From Malacoraja senta (Eukaryota): 64,000 nt of DNA. How positions within the stretch are numbered: position 1 is the first letter of the stretch; each line of letters begins with the position of its first letter. Where the stretch lies: contig CM075995.1 of assembly GCA_038087875.1 (NCBI GenBank), forward strand, positions 9,488,001 through 9,552,000, in the 5' to 3' direction. The notes beneath the pieces were generated by a model. That model worked only from the letters and a program-made list of their open reading frames with translations. It did no database searches and was not told the origin of the DNA. This document shows, piece by piece, positions 38,660 to 52,360 of this stretch. A program made the translations under genes and the position numbers.

Positions 38660-39150
38660 GCAGAGAATGCCTGGGGAAGGTCCAGGTTTAGCGTTGGCCT
38701 ATAGGAGAGCCAGCGTATGAAGTGCCTGGGGAAGGTCCAGTTTAGCGTTGTCCCTACAGGGCCAGCGCAGGGAGTGCCTGGTGGAGGTCCAGGCTTAGCA
38801 TTGGTCTATAGGAGCCAGGGGAATGAAGTGCTTTAGAAGGTCCGGCTCAGCGTTGGCCTAAGGGAGAGCCAGCGTAGGGAGTATTTGGGAAGGTCCGGTT
38901 CAGCGCTGGCGTACAGGTGAGCCAGTGTGAGCAATGCCTGGTTAAAGGCATTTTTTATGTGTTGGTCTACAGGAGAGCCAGCGCCAACTATATCTGGAAC
39001 AGTTAAGCGTTGGCCTACAGGTGAGCCAGTGCCAGCAGCACCTGAAAGAGGGCTGCCTATGCATGGGCCTACAGGAGAGCCCGCACGGCAAGCACCTGGG
39101 AAAGGGTTTACTATGCGTAGGCCTATGGGAGAGCCAGCGCTAGAAACACC
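38660..39150 (+). repeat. Degenerate ~54-bp tandem repeat (about 9 copies) in the DIRS gag-like region
   Basis: Recurring CGTTGGCCTACAGGAGAGCCAGCG, encoding RWPTGEPA-like units. Confidence 0.75.
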
Positions 39151-40674
39151 TGAAGCAGGATGTAAATTCGCCCTTCCATGAGGAGGATTATTTCATACAA
39201 TGATTCAGTAAACGAATCATATGAGGACTAGAGCCCAATAACAGAGCCCAAAGGACCAGAATTGGCACAATATATCAAAGTTGTGGTTCCAAAAATATGA
39301 GGGGAACCATTGGAAGATAAATTAACTATGTCAATAAAATACTTACTCTCCCAGCAGCTCCAGGTTCTGACCATGTATGAGCTGTCTACAAATATGAAAC
39401 CCGCAGTATTGAACATTATAAGCAGTTTCAGCAGGGGAGAGGGTATTGAAATTACTGGTCAGGCATTACGGCTTTTTGACCAAAGGTTGGATGGAGAGCA
39501 TGTGTCTATATCACAACAAGGTTGAATTAGCACTCATGTGTAGTGCGCACTTTGAAATAACTATTTATAAAAGTGCTATAAGACCTAATATATACCCTAA
39601 GTTTGGGGGCTCTGTACACCATCTAATATTTAAATTGCCTAATAATCTGTTTTAGAAAGAATCTAGCCAAAAATAGGAATGATCCTGTGTGATTGACAGA
39701 TCAAATTAAAGGCAGTTTTCCCTACCAATATGTGGTGACTGGGGATAGTGAAGGATCAAATTGGTCTTTCCCATATGTGCATTGTAGGTGCACTCCTCCT
39801 GAGATATGTGGGGTTAACAATTGCCATAGGCAAACCCTGAGGTAAGAGGTCTGGTTCTGTAAGAAACATATTAAATGTTTTACACTTACAAGTCGGGAAA
39901 GATTACATTTCTTGCTAAAAGATGGCAATTTGATATATTTATACCGTAGAGTATTGTGGGGTTTATAATGTAATTCTACCCATATTTGGTTTCTCTTACT
40001 AAGGTATTTGAAACCGAACACATATTTCTCAAAATAAGAGAATATGTAGATTCAGACAAAACATGAAATATTGTGAAAAAGGGATGATTAAGAAGTCAGT
40101 TCACCATTACCATCAATTGATGCCAAGTGTGTTATGAGAGCAAATAATGATGGTGGGTGTAGAATTATTCTAGATCTGACAAGTTTTAACCCTTTTTTGT
40201 ACAGTATAATAAACAGTTTGGAACATTTGTCAATGTTATGCAGCCAATTTCAAGAAAATGCATTTTACTGTCTGACTGTATATGGTAAATAATAATAGAT
40301 ATTTTTTTATTTTATCTGGATGTCAATTATGGAAATTTAAAGCATTGTATTAAGGTTTAGTCTCAGTCCTGAGACTATTTGCCAGGTTGTTGGATCTAAT
40401 CTTAGCATTACTAAGAACTCGGGGCCAGTTGGTAATGGCCTATTTCTATATTCTGATTATAGGAAACATTCGGACTACAACAGAACCATGAGTGTTAAGA
40501 ATCAAGCTCACTTGGGAGATTTATTAATCATCCAGCTAAATCTAAACAATTACCAAACACAGTTATTGATATTTGGGTCCATTATTAATGAGAACACATG
40601 ATTGTGATTCTGCTGAAGGATTAAGGCTGCATTTAATTGGAAGTTGTATAAAGCTCATTATATAGCACCAACCG

Positions 40675-41131
40675 TACCAACGCTCAAAATGTTGGATACC
40701 GCACATTTTGAGGAAATGCGATTCCTCCTAATAGATAAATTTGACCAATTCATAACGAGTTGGTCTCCATTTGTCATCTTTTTGGAAACATATGGTGCAA
40801 CACAAGTGTAAAAGCTAATCTGTGACTGGGTGAGGAATGGTCAAGATATAAATACGATCTCCTTACTTCTCTTTCCCTTTTCTTCTCTTTTCTTCTTTTA
40901 CTCTTTTTCTTCTATTTTCTATTTCTTAACTTTCTTCTTTCACTCTATTTTTCTTTTTCACACACTATATATCTCACATTTTTCTATTCTTCATTATCTA
41001 ATTTCTTTTTCTTTTTCTTCTTTATTACAAAATTAAAAAAATAAGAATGTATTATGAAAATATGATTGTATACAATTGTACTTCTAATAAAAATAAATAA
41101 TTTATAAAAAAATAAATTTAAAAAAAAAAAA
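40675..41131 (+). mobile_element. L1 3' fragment nested in DIRS RT (same family as 25033-31032)
   Basis: Matches the reverse complement of 25040-25500; poly-A; TSD TA(T/G)AGCACCAACCG at 40661-40674 and 41132-41145. Confidence 0.88.
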
Positions 41132-41799
41132 TAGAGCACCAACCGATGTATAAAGCTCATTATAGAGCACCAACCCACAATTAGACATTTAATTGGAAGT
41201 TGTATTAAGCTCATTACAGAGCACCAACCCTCAATTAGGCAGGAAGCTAGCCTGCTTTGCAAACTATTGCTTATTTTCAGCTGTAGAATTTAGACTGCTG
41301 CATTATCAGCATTTACAGTAAGCATGGATAGAGGAATGGATAATACAATTTAGGGCAATTTTGCCAGGCCATGTATTTGCCAGTTGCAATTATTACTGGA
41401 ATATTATAATGAATCAGGAGTGTCTCAAATGCCTCCAGAGAGATTCTGGTTGAACACCTTCCATTATGCTACACACTAATTGTAGTGTTCTAAGTTGAGG
41501 TCATACTTATGTATTTCCAGCTGTGGAGGTACATGGAATGTGGAGAAAGTACCTTTGATCCAGTAACAAGGGATCATTAATGAACGTTTTAGGAACATTT
41601 TATGGCCTAAAGCTTATTGCTCTAATATGCAAAGTTTGCATGTTTAGGTATAGATTGACACTACGGAATAGAATGTATGTTAATCATTCGAGTGGTATGA
41701 GTCAGAATCTTGTAATAGACTGGCTAATGTGATCTGGACCTGGTGTTAACCAGAAATATTTGGTTGGCAATCTACCTACGAGGTAGATTCAATATAGTT

Positions 41800-42200
41800 G
41801 CAGACTCAAGGTCATGTAATTCAATGATAATACAGAATGGATGTTAGATCATGACAAATTTAATAATATTGTTGCACGATTGATGACTTGTTTGTATCCA
41901 GACTTAACCACCAATTACCTAAATATATGTCATGGAAACCTGATCCTGGGGCAGTAGCGGTGGATGTTTCTCGCTGCACTGGGGTAGAATGTTTGTATAC
42001 ATTTTCTCCATTTTGTCTCATTTAACAGTATATACAGAAGAGCAAACAGGACTCCACTTCGGGAGTATTGGTGGTACCAGATTGGATCTACAAAACCATG
42101 GTACGCTCAGGTGTTAAAAATGATCACAAAGCCTCTTATGATTTCCCAAACAGAATTAATCTGTTTGTGCACTCTATAACTGATGATTCACATCCTTTAC
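41800..42200 (+). pseudogene. DIRS methyltransferase-like domain relic
   Basis: KYMSWKPDPGAVAVDV, LYTFSPFCLI and GVLVVPDW peptides. Confidence 0.7.
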
Positions 42201-42397
42201 ATAATCGTATTGGTTAGTTGATTTGCAGATTCTAAGGAGTGCCATATATCGGAGGAGGACTATCAGATTGTACTGTGGATATTATTGCAAACTGGAGGGA
42301 TATTACCCAGAAGTAGTACATTTCTTACATAAGGAAATGGGACATGTTTTGCTTAAAGTTGAATATTACATATCACTCTATAGACATATCATTAGTG

Positions 42398-44227
42398 AAA
42401 GTAAATCAAGGGTTTCTACAGCTATATTAATAGCAAAAGGATAACGAGGGATAAAATTGGTCCATTAGAGAGTCAGAGTGGACAGGTATCTGCAGAGCCA
42501 AAAGAGATGGGGGAGATATTGAACAATTTCTTTTCTTCGGTATTCACCAAGGAGAAGGATATTGAATTATGTGAGGTAAGGGAAACAAGTAGCTATGGAA
42601 ACTATGAGATTCAAAGAAGAGGAAGTACTGACACTTTTGAGAAATATAAAAGTGGATAAGTCTCCAGGTCCGGACAGGATATTTCCTAGGACATTGAGGG
42701 AAGTTAGTGTAGAAATAGCAGGGATATGACAGAAATATTTCAAATGTCATTGGAAACGGCAATAGTGCCGGAGGATTGGCGTACTGCGCATGTTGTTCCA
42801 TTGTTTAAAAAGGGGTCTAAGAGTAAACCTAGCAATTATAAACCTGTTAGTTTGACGTCAGTGGTGGGCAAATTAATGGAAAGGATACAGAGATAATATA
42901 TATAAGCATCTGGATAAACAGGGGCTGATTAGGAACAGTCAACATGGATTTGTGCCTGGAAGGTCATGTTTGACTAATCTTCTTGAATTTTTTGAAGAGG
43001 TTACTCGGGAAATTGATGAGGGTAAAGCCGTGGATGTTGTATATATGGACTTCAGTAAGGCCTTTGACAAGGTTCCTCACGGAAGGGTGGTTAAGAAGGT
43101 TCAATGGTTGGGTATTAATGGTGCAGTAGCAAGATGGATTCAACAGTGGCTGAATGGGAGATGCCAGAGAGTAATGGTGGATGGTTGTTTGTCAGGTTGG
43201 AGGCCAGTGACTTGTGGGGTGCCACAGGGATCTGTGTTGGGTCCACTGTTGTTTGTCATGTACATCAATGATCTGGATGATGGTGTGGTAAATTGGATTA
43301 GTAAGTATGCAGATGACACTAAGATAGGTGGGGCTGTGGATAATGAAGTAGATTTTCAAAGTCTACAGAGAGATTTATGCCGGTTGGAAGAGTGGGCTGA
43401 AAGATGGCAGATGGAGTTTAATGCTGATAAGTGGGAGGTGCTACATCTTGGCAGGACAAATCAAAATAGGACGTACATGGTAAATGGTAGGGAATTGAAG
43501 AATGCAGGTGAACAGAGGGAGCTTGGAATAACTGTGCACAGTTCCCTGAAAGTGGTATCTCATGTAGATAGGGTGGTAAAGAAAGCTTTTGGTGTGCTGG
43601 CTTTTATAAATCAGAGCATTGAGTATAGAAGTTGGGAAGTAATGTTAAAATTGTACAAGGCATTGGTGAGGCCAATTCTGGAGTATGGTGTACAATTTTG
43701 GTCGCCTAATTATAGGAAGGATGTCAACAAAATAGAGAGAGTACAGAGGAGATTTACTAGAATGTTGCCTGGGTTTCAACAACTAAGTTACAGAGAAAGG
43801 TTGAAGAAGTTAGGGCTTTATTCTTTGGAGCGCAGAAGGTTAAGGGGGGACTTGATAGAGGTCTTTAAAATGATGAGAGGGATAGACAGAGTTGACGTGG
43901 GTAAGCTTTTCCCATTGAGAGTAGGGAAGATTCAAACAAGGGGACATGACTTGAGAATTAAGGGACAGAAGTTTAGGGGTAACATGAGGGGGAACTTCTT
44001 TACTCAGAGAGCGGTGGCTGTGTGGAATGAGCTTCCAGTGAAGGTGGTGGAGGCAGGTTCGTTTTTATCATTTAAAAATAAATTGGATAGTTATATGGAC
44101 GGGAAAGGAATGGAGGGTTATGGTCTGAGTGCAGGTATATGGGACTAGGGGAGAATACGTGTTCCGCACGGACTAGAAGGGTCGAGATGGCCTGTTTCCG
44201 TGCTGTAATTGTTATATGGTTATATGG
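42398..44227 (+). mobile_element. CR1 LINE nested in the DIRS recombinase
   Basis: 398-aa RT ORF 42952-44148; (GGTTATAT)n tail; possible TSD TTAGTG. Confidence 0.93.
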
Positions 44228-44603
44228 TTAGTGTTAGAGTTTCTGTAAACTCTTTATTTTGTTAGCAGTTAAGCTATAGTGCTATGTATACTGCAAGGAG
44301 TGCCTTTACTGCATATCTATGGAGGAATCAGAATAAAATCTTGTCGGGTTACACCCTTTGGTCTGTAGATTTATGAAAGGAATTTTCAATTCTAAGCCTC
44401 CTAGACACAGGTATACAATAATCTGGAATGTAAGAGATATGTTATGTTTTTTCGTTAATGGACTCCTATTACAGTGCTGTCCTTGGCTTAAATTACTATT
44501 AAGGTAGTCAAGCTCAGGGCACTGGTTTTAGCACAGAGAGTGCAAACATTGCAGAAAGTACGAATAGACATGATAGAAAGAGCAACAGATACTATTGTGT
44601 TCT

Positions 44604-47600
44604 TTTTTTTTGTATTGTAATTTTTTATTAGAGGTATCTGCATATCATAGTCCAACCCATTGCAAACTTTGTATAATGATTACATATTAAGTATCCAGGG
44701 TTCAGGGTACCCAGTTACCAAAGTAGCTGGGGTCCTCCTTTATCGGTTACATATTAACGTTGCCTCTAATTATTTATTTATATTTATAGATAATAAAAAA
44801 ATAAAAATAAAGAAAAGAAATTAGAAAAGTAAGATAAACTATCAATAATACAACTTAGGAGATAGGTCCATAGGTCAGAAAACGTAACTATTCATCTAGT
44901 CCTGGGTTCAGGTTTCAGTCAGGCCTCCACGCCGGCCCAGTCTACCCCTTCAGATAATCTATAAATGGAGACCATATTTTAGTAAATAATTCTGGTTTGT
45001 CAATTAAGACATATCTATTTTTTTCCAAATGTAAGGTCTCTGACATCTCCATAATCCACATCTTAATTGTGGGGGTTGCAGGATTTTTCCAAAATTTTAA
45101 TATTAATTTTTTCCCAATTTTTATACTGTAGTCAAGGACATTTCTTTGGTTTGTTGTAAGTTTTAGATATTGTTCTGATATGCCCAATATTATTAATTTA
45201 GGATCGGGATCCAGTTGAGTATTAACAACTACAGAGATTATTTAAAAAATATCCATCCAATAATTTTTAATTTTTATTCAATTTCCAAAGGTATGGGTTA
45301 AATTAGCCGATGAGTATTGGCATTTATCACAAATAGGAGAGTTATTAGGAATGATTCTATTTAATTTTGTTTTGAATAATGCAATCTATGTAGTACTTTA
45401 ATAAACATTGATGTATATGTTGTAAACTTTCATCCCAAATATCTTTTGTTATAGGTTGGGCTAATTCCTTTTTCCATGCTAATCTATATAATTCCGTCGA
45501 CGGAGTCTCACTGTCTAAAAGAATATTATAAATATAAGATTAATTTACCTGTTTTAGGGTGTTTATTCAAACATTCATCTAGAATCTCTGGTTCTCTAGT
45601 TCTGTATTCTTGTGTATGTGATTTAACATAATCTTTAAGTTGTAAATATCTAAAAAAAATATTTGAATGTAATCCATAATTCTGTTGTTGTTCCTGAAAC
45701 GAAAGAAAAATACCGTTTCTATAAAGATGTCCCATCTTTTTAATTCCATGATTTTTCCATTGTACAAAACCTTTATCCAACACTGAGGGTTTAAATAAAG
45801 GATTATTTGCAATGGGGAGAGAAAATGATAAATTATCCAATTTTAATGTCTTTTTTAGTTGTTTCCAAATTCGAATTCCACTATATATTATACGGTTTTC
45901 ACTATAGATTTTTTAATTCAATTTTGTAGGAGCTAACATGATCGGACCAATTTCAAAAGGCAAACAATCTTCCTTTTCCATCTTTAACCAGTCTGGTTGT
46001 TGATCCATATCTTCCAACCAAAAATTCATATTTTTGACATTGACTGCCCAAAAATAAAATAAAAAATTTGGTAAAACTAATCCTCCTTTGGTCTTGGGTT
46101 TACATAGGTGTTTTTTGCTTATTCTGTGATTCTTATAATCCCAAATAAAACTTGTCACAATAGAGTCAACTCTTTTAAAGACATTTTTTGGGAGATCTAA
46201 CGGGATTGATTGAAAGAGGTATAGCAATTGCGGAAGGAAAACCATTTTTATAGCATTAATTCTACCGAGCATTGAAATGAGAAGTGTTTTCCAGTATTGA
46301 ATATTCTTATGCAATTTATTAAGTAAAGGCATGAAATTTGATTTAAATAGAGAGTTATATTTTCTCACATAAATTCCAAGGTATTTAAATTTTTTAATAA
46401 CTATTCTAAAAGGTGAGTGTTGCAATATATATGAATTAGGTTCCGTTATTGGCATAATCTCACTTTTATTCCAATTAATTCTATATCCCGAAAATAAACC
46501 AAATTGAGTTATAAGATTTAACAAGTTTGGAATGCTGATTTCTGGGTTTGTAATATATAATAATACATCGTCTGCGTATAGAGAGATTTTATTAACTGTA
46601 TTTTTAGTATTATACCCAGATATTTCTGGATGTGCTCTAACTCTTTCTGCTAGTGGTTCGATAGCAAGGGCAAATAATAACGGTGATAATGGGCATCCTT
46701 GTCTGCAACCTTTAGATAGATCAAATTTTCTTGTTGGCATTTGATTTGTCATTATTCTAGCTGTTGGGTTAGTGTATAAAAGCTTTACCCATGTGCAAAA
46801 CTTCTCACCCAATTGAAATTTTTCCATCACCGAACATAAATAGGGCCATTCCACTTGATCGAATGCTTTCTCAGCATCTAACAAGATGACTGCTAGATCT
46901 ACATGAGCTATTCTGTTTGAGTATATAATATTAAATAGTCGTTTCAAATTATAATATGAGTAGCGTTTTGGAATAAAGCCAGTTTGGTCAGGGTGTATTA
47001 ATTTATGAATCACTAAACTTAATCTATGGGATAAAATTTTAGTTAATATTTTCTGATTGGTGTTTAAGAGAGCGATTGCTCTATATGAACCTGGATCTTC
47101 AGGGTCCTTATCCATTTTGGGTATAAGTATTATTGTTGATTCGTTTAAAGTTTCTGGTAGTTTCTGTTGCATGAAGGCATGAGTATATAGTGTCTTTAAG
47201 TGTGTGGAGATCAGATCATGACATTTTTTAAATAAAATTCGCTATTTAAACCATCCAGGCCAGCAGCCTTTCCATTTTTTAAAGATCTGATAGATTCTTC
47301 AATATCTTTTACTGATATTTTGGCCCCTGGCCAGAACACCGGCTTTTGCGGCGGCGCAGAACATCGGCTTTGGTGGCGGTTCAGCGCTGGAGCGCTGTCG
47401 TGGAGCGGGCGATGCCTTTCCTGGGTCGCCGCGCTGGGACTCCAGTATGCTGGGACCGCCGATGGGAACATCGTGGAGCCGCGGTTCTGTGGAGCGGCCA
47501 GCTGCGACGCTGAACGTTACATCTCGGAGCCTGGGCGAGAATATCGGGCGCCGTGGCGGGACTGTGCAGGCCTCAGTGGGCCCGACTCTGGGTGGACAAG

Positions 47601-50600
47601 AGCATGGGGACTGGACTTTGTGCCTTCCCCCACAGTGGGAACCATTGTGGGGGGATGTTTTTGTGTTGAACTTCTTTTTGAACACTATGTTGTATTTTTA
47701 TTAGTGTGCTGCAAGGACATCTGAATTTCCCCTGAATAAGGGGATTAATAAAGTCTTATCTTATCTTATCTTAATAATTCCCTCTCTTTCAGATCTAAAC
47801 CTGTAAGATTACATTTCTGTAAAAATGATTCCATTCCTGCAGAGCCCACTATCGTTTTGGATGAATAAAATGTTTGATAATATTGCGAAAATCTATCATT
47901 AATATCCTTGGGTAATGTTAGTATTTCTCCCGTATCAGATTTAATTTTGTAAATTGTTTTTTCCCCTTCCTGTTTCCGGAGCTGATGTGCTAGTAATTTT
48001 TGTGGTTTATCACCGAACTCAAAGTATAGCTGTTTAGTATTTTGATAAAGTTTTATGATTTGATCTGAATATAGTTGATTTAACTTATATTTGAGTGCTG
48101 CAATTTTATTATGTATTATCGTAGAGGGCGTGATTGCATTTTCCATATCTAATTGACTTATCTCTTTTCCAATTCCTGTTGTTTGGCCCGGTTCTCTTTA
48201 TTACGAAAGGCTTGCGCAGAGATTAACGCTCCTCGTATAAATGCTTTAAATGTTTCCCAAAGAAGGGAGGGAGAGATTTCAGGGCAATCATTAGTCTCGA
48301 AAAACATATTTATCTGTGTGATAAGATATGCACAACATGGTTTATCATTTAAAATCTGAGCATTAAATCTCCATTGTGTCTGCTTCTCAGTCATTCCACT
48401 TAGTTTCATCATAAATGTTAGAGGTGCATGGTCCGAAATTATAATATTATGATATTTTGAATTATAAGTAAACGGGATAAGCTTAGAGTCTACTAAAAAG
48501 TAATCTATCCTTGAGTAAGTATTATGTACCGGTGAATAGAATGAATATTCCCTTCCAGATGGGTTTTCAATTCTACAAACATCTTTGATATTAGTAGAGT
48601 TAATGTATGAGTTTATTAATTCCCTTTTCTTGGATTTTGCTTTTCTTTGTCTTGATGATCTATCTAAATAAGAGTCTAGTGTACAATTTAAATCTCCTCC
48701 AATTATCAAGTTATGTTGTGTAATTTCCAGGATAGTATTAAGTATATTCTTAAAAAACAAAGGTTTATCAAAATTTGGTCCATAGACATTGAGAAGAATT
48801 ACTTTTTAAAAATATAATTCACCCACTAGTATTATATATCTACCATTATTGTCCACGGTAGTTGATATGTGTTTAAAAGGTATACCTTTATGGATTCCAA
48901 TTGCAACCCCTCTAGCCTTATGGGAGAATGAAGAGTGATATGTTTCAGCAATTCATTTTGCTTTCAATCTATGTTGTGCTTCATTTTTAAGATGAGTTTC
49001 TTGAAGAAATGTTATATCTGCATTAAGTGATTTTAAATGTGCTAATACTTTACCTCTCTTGATTGAGTCATTGATTCCCTTAACTTTCCCGCTACAAAAA
49101 GTAATTCCTTGACCCATAATTTTTCTATTAACGTCTTGCATCTTATGGTTAGAGAAGTCTATAATAGAGTATGTAGCCCAGCGCAGTAAGCCAGACAATC
49201 CACCCGAACACAGGACAGATGAGTTTTAAATTGAATAGATCTTCCTCCCGGACCTCTCTCCACAAATAATACATATAATTCGAATCAACTTTATGATAGA
49301 AATTAAGTAAGAAATAAAGAAAGAAAATAAAAAAATAAAAATTAATAAAGTGCAAGAAAAAAGAAGAAACTACATCTACAAATAGTGTAGTTAGTGTTAG
49401 CCACACTAACGTGGCTGGCCATCTAAGGACTTCCGTAGCCTTAGGAAAAAAGAATTATTACTAACTCCACGCTAAAAAAAAACCAAACTCAGTAAGAGTA
49501 ATTTACGGGATTAATGTTATAACCATTTTGGTCCAAAAGATTAGTAATCATGTAATGAGAGACTATTACTCTCTTGGTTAAGTATTAGTCAGTTATTAGT
49601 CTGATGTAAAAGAAAAAAAAACAAATAAACATGGCTAATTTTAATTAATAAAATAACCAGGTTATACCTTGTTTGCAATTAATATTTTAAACTAATTATT
49701 CTATTAATAATAATAGTAGCTTTAATAATTAGTATTTGTTAGTAATAATTAGTACTACAATATTAAAATAATATGTCCATATCAATATGGTTTGTTCAGT
49801 TGTCGTTATCAGCTTTCATTAGTCCTTAATCTCAGCAAGATGAAGATATCATATGAATGTTATTCAATCAACACTCAAGTCCGCGGTCTTCTGCGCGATC
49901 TTCTGGGCATACGTCAATGCTTCCTTGTGATCCGTAAAAAACGTTTCCTTCTGCTTATAGGTGACTCTCAATCTTGCAGGGTACAACAGTCCATATCTCA
50001 AGTTGTCTATCTTCTTAAGAATCCATAGTCTCGGTAAATAACGCTCTCCGTGTGACCACCTCCCTTGAATAATCTCTGAATATGCTGATTTTGTCCCCCT
50101 CGAACTGAAGATTTCTGGTGTTAGCATCTTTTTTCGTGATATCCTCCAAGACGTGATCATATTGCACCTTCACTATCAGTTGCCTTGGGGCAATGTCCAG
50201 GCCCGGGCGACGTCTCCCAACCCTGTGTGCCTGGCCTAATAAAGGCTCATGATCCAAATTCAAGACTTTTTTCAATAAGTCTGCAGCATTGTCACGGAGA
50301 TCATTATTTCCTTCTTGACCCTCTCGGACGCCAACAATTCTTAAGTTCTGACGTCTCTGGTGTCCTTCCAAGACAATACATTTTTCAGTTACTGTATGCA
50401 GTAAATCTGATAACTGTTTGTTCTCTGCTAGAAGTGCTTCTGTAGTTTTGGAACTCGTATCAGCAATTGACTCCAAATGCTTAATAGCTTCAGTTTGTTG
50501 ATTTATCGTGTTGAAAACAGGATCCAGCTTAGCATTTAGATTGTCTTCAGTCAGCTTAATTTTCTCATTTACTTCTTCAATTTGTAACTCGAGATTTGCA

Positions 50601-51133
50601 GATATTTTCCCCTTCATGGTAACCAGTTCTGCACGGACAAACTTAGAAGTTTTCTCATCAAACTTTAAAAAATCGTCTTTGATTTCATTTTTAAAACCTC
50701 TCAGTATTACTTTAATGTTCATTTCTTTTTTCAAGTTTATCAATTCATCTCTCATACTTGCTGTTTCCTCAGTAACACTTGCAATTTCCTTGGTGATAAA
50801 GATGCGAAGCTCTTCCATTTCAGTTTTCTTAGTCTTTGGCTTCTGGACCTTTGAGACATCCTCCTGGGATGATGTTGAAACTAAGCCCAAGGCTTCAGTC
50901 AGGCCTACTTCTTCCCCCGGAGGTTTGGCCTTTCCGGGTTTTTAGTCGCTCCCTTTGAGGGGGAGTGTTTTACTGACATTATACTCCGGAGTCGCAGGTC
51001 TGATGATGTCACTCAGGCTGCCGGTGCGATTCTCTGCAGGTCAGACGGTTGTTTTCATCCCGGTTTTTTTCACAGATTTTACGTGGAGCTACCTGGCGCA
51101 CGCTCTTACTCCACCATTAGCGCCACCGGAAGT
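44604..51133 (-). mobile_element. Full-length L1-clade LINE (second family); ORF1 about 50890-49864 and ORF2 about 49140-44942, both disrupted
   Basis: Perfect 16-bp TSD GATACTATTGTGTTCT at 44588-44603 and 51134-51149; poly-A; ORF1 coiled coil, RRQNLRIVG, YPARL; ORF2 APE and YADD; 5' end ACTTCCGGTGGCG. Confidence 0.95.
47329..47772 (+). mobile_element. GC-rich non-coding retroposon 3' end nested in L1 ORF2
   Basis: Composition shift; AATAAA then (TCTTA)n tail; L1 peptide ERELL|GAKISV rejoins across it. Confidence 0.75.
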
Positions 51134-51723
51134 GATACTATTGTGTTCTATGTCTATGATTTGCTTAAACAGAGTAGACCTGGAATCACAGGATGTAAGT
51201 TGGGGTTTCAGGATATCCTACGGATCCACGTCTATGTTAGATTGAAGCCACCAGAACCTTAAAGCGGTTCAGTATCAGTATTTTATTAGCCATAAATAGC
51301 TGCATAAGAAAGTGTCGGTTCAGACTATTTAAAAAAAAGGCTGAAGCAGGTTGCTTGATGCAGGTATTGATACTGACAAATTTAAATCTCATTTCATCAG
51401 GGCACCATCAACATTGACGGCCAAGGAATTGGATGTTCTAATAGAACATATCCTCACGGCTGCAGGCATAAGTGAAAGAATTTCACAAGTATCACCATAA
51501 GGAGATTATAATACCTGTGGTTATTTGGTGGTGCTATTTTGGATTTAGTATTAAATATTCCTCTTGTTATAAATGGGTTACTATTATGGTGATAAATTAA
51601 CCATTAACTGGTTGCATCCATGTTGTGGTTGTGCATTGTTGATTGCTTTACTTATTTAGAGTCAATCAAGGCAATGAGATGCCTGGATTTGAATCTACAG
51701 CGTGAAATCACAGAGCTTTGAAA

Positions 51724-51836
51724 TCTTCACATAGTCACTCACGTGACTCCGAAGTAAAATAGTAAGATTAAACGAGAACTTACCAGTTTGAAGTTTGATC
51801 TTTATTTTATGAGGAGTTACGATGAGGGATTACGTG
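51724..51836. repeat. DIRS internal complementary region (ICR)
   Basis: First part complementary to the left terminus, second part complementary to the right terminus, fused at AAT 51758-51760. Confidence 0.92.
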
Positions 51837-52055
51837 CCCTCTGCTCCCACCCTCATAAAAGATCGAGCTGGTAGTTCTAATATTTATGTATCTTACTATC
51901 ATACTTCAGTAATTGTTGTCTGTGATTTCACTCTGCTGCTTTGAAGATTGACGCGTGTGCGGCTGGATGGGTTCTTCACGTAATCCCTCATCGTAACTCC
52001 TCATAAAATAAAGATCAAACTTCAAACTGGTAAGTTTGTGTTTAATCTTACTATT

Positions 52056-52360
52056 ATGAGAGGCATAGATAGTGTAGACAATCAGAACCTTATTCCCAGG
52101 GTGCAAATGTCAAATACACGAGGGTATAGCTTTAAGATGTTGGAATGTTTACTGGGGATGTGTGTGGCAAGATTTTTGTGCAGATAGCAGTGGGTGCCTG
52201 GAATGCACTTCCAGGGGTGCTGGTCAAGGCAGATACGATGGTGGTATTTGAGAGCCGTTTGGATAAGCATATGAAGATGTGGAAATTGAGGGTTTAGAAT
52301 CGCATGCAGACAGAGGAGAATGGTTTGACATCATGTTCGGTACAGATATTTTGGGCTGAA
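52056..52360 (+). mobile_element. CR1 relic, DIRS target (5' part at about 38120-38235)
   Basis: MRGIDSVD...TRGYSFK continuation. Confidence 0.8.

Larger units (their letters stand above)
44228..51500 (+). pseudogene. DIRS tyrosine recombinase relic (pieces about 42200-42397, 44228-44603, 51134-51500)
   Basis: HPLVCRFMKGIFN, LAQRVQTL (catalytic Arg), LLKQSRPG, KSHFIRA (HxxR at 51390-51401), ILTAAG. Confidence 0.85.
38233..52055 (+). mobile_element. DIRS1-like tyrosine-recombinase retrotransposon, full terminal structure, coding region decayed, ~5 kb after removing nested LINEs
   Basis: Left ITR 38233-38293, right ITR plus extension 51949-52055, ICR 51724-51836; RT, methyltransferase and YR relic peptides; flanks rejoin as CR1 EVYKIMRGID. 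Confidence 0.92.

Noticed and set aside
41800..42200. Horizontally acquired bacterial or phage methyltransferase
   Set aside because: Standard domain of DIRS1-like elements, and decayed
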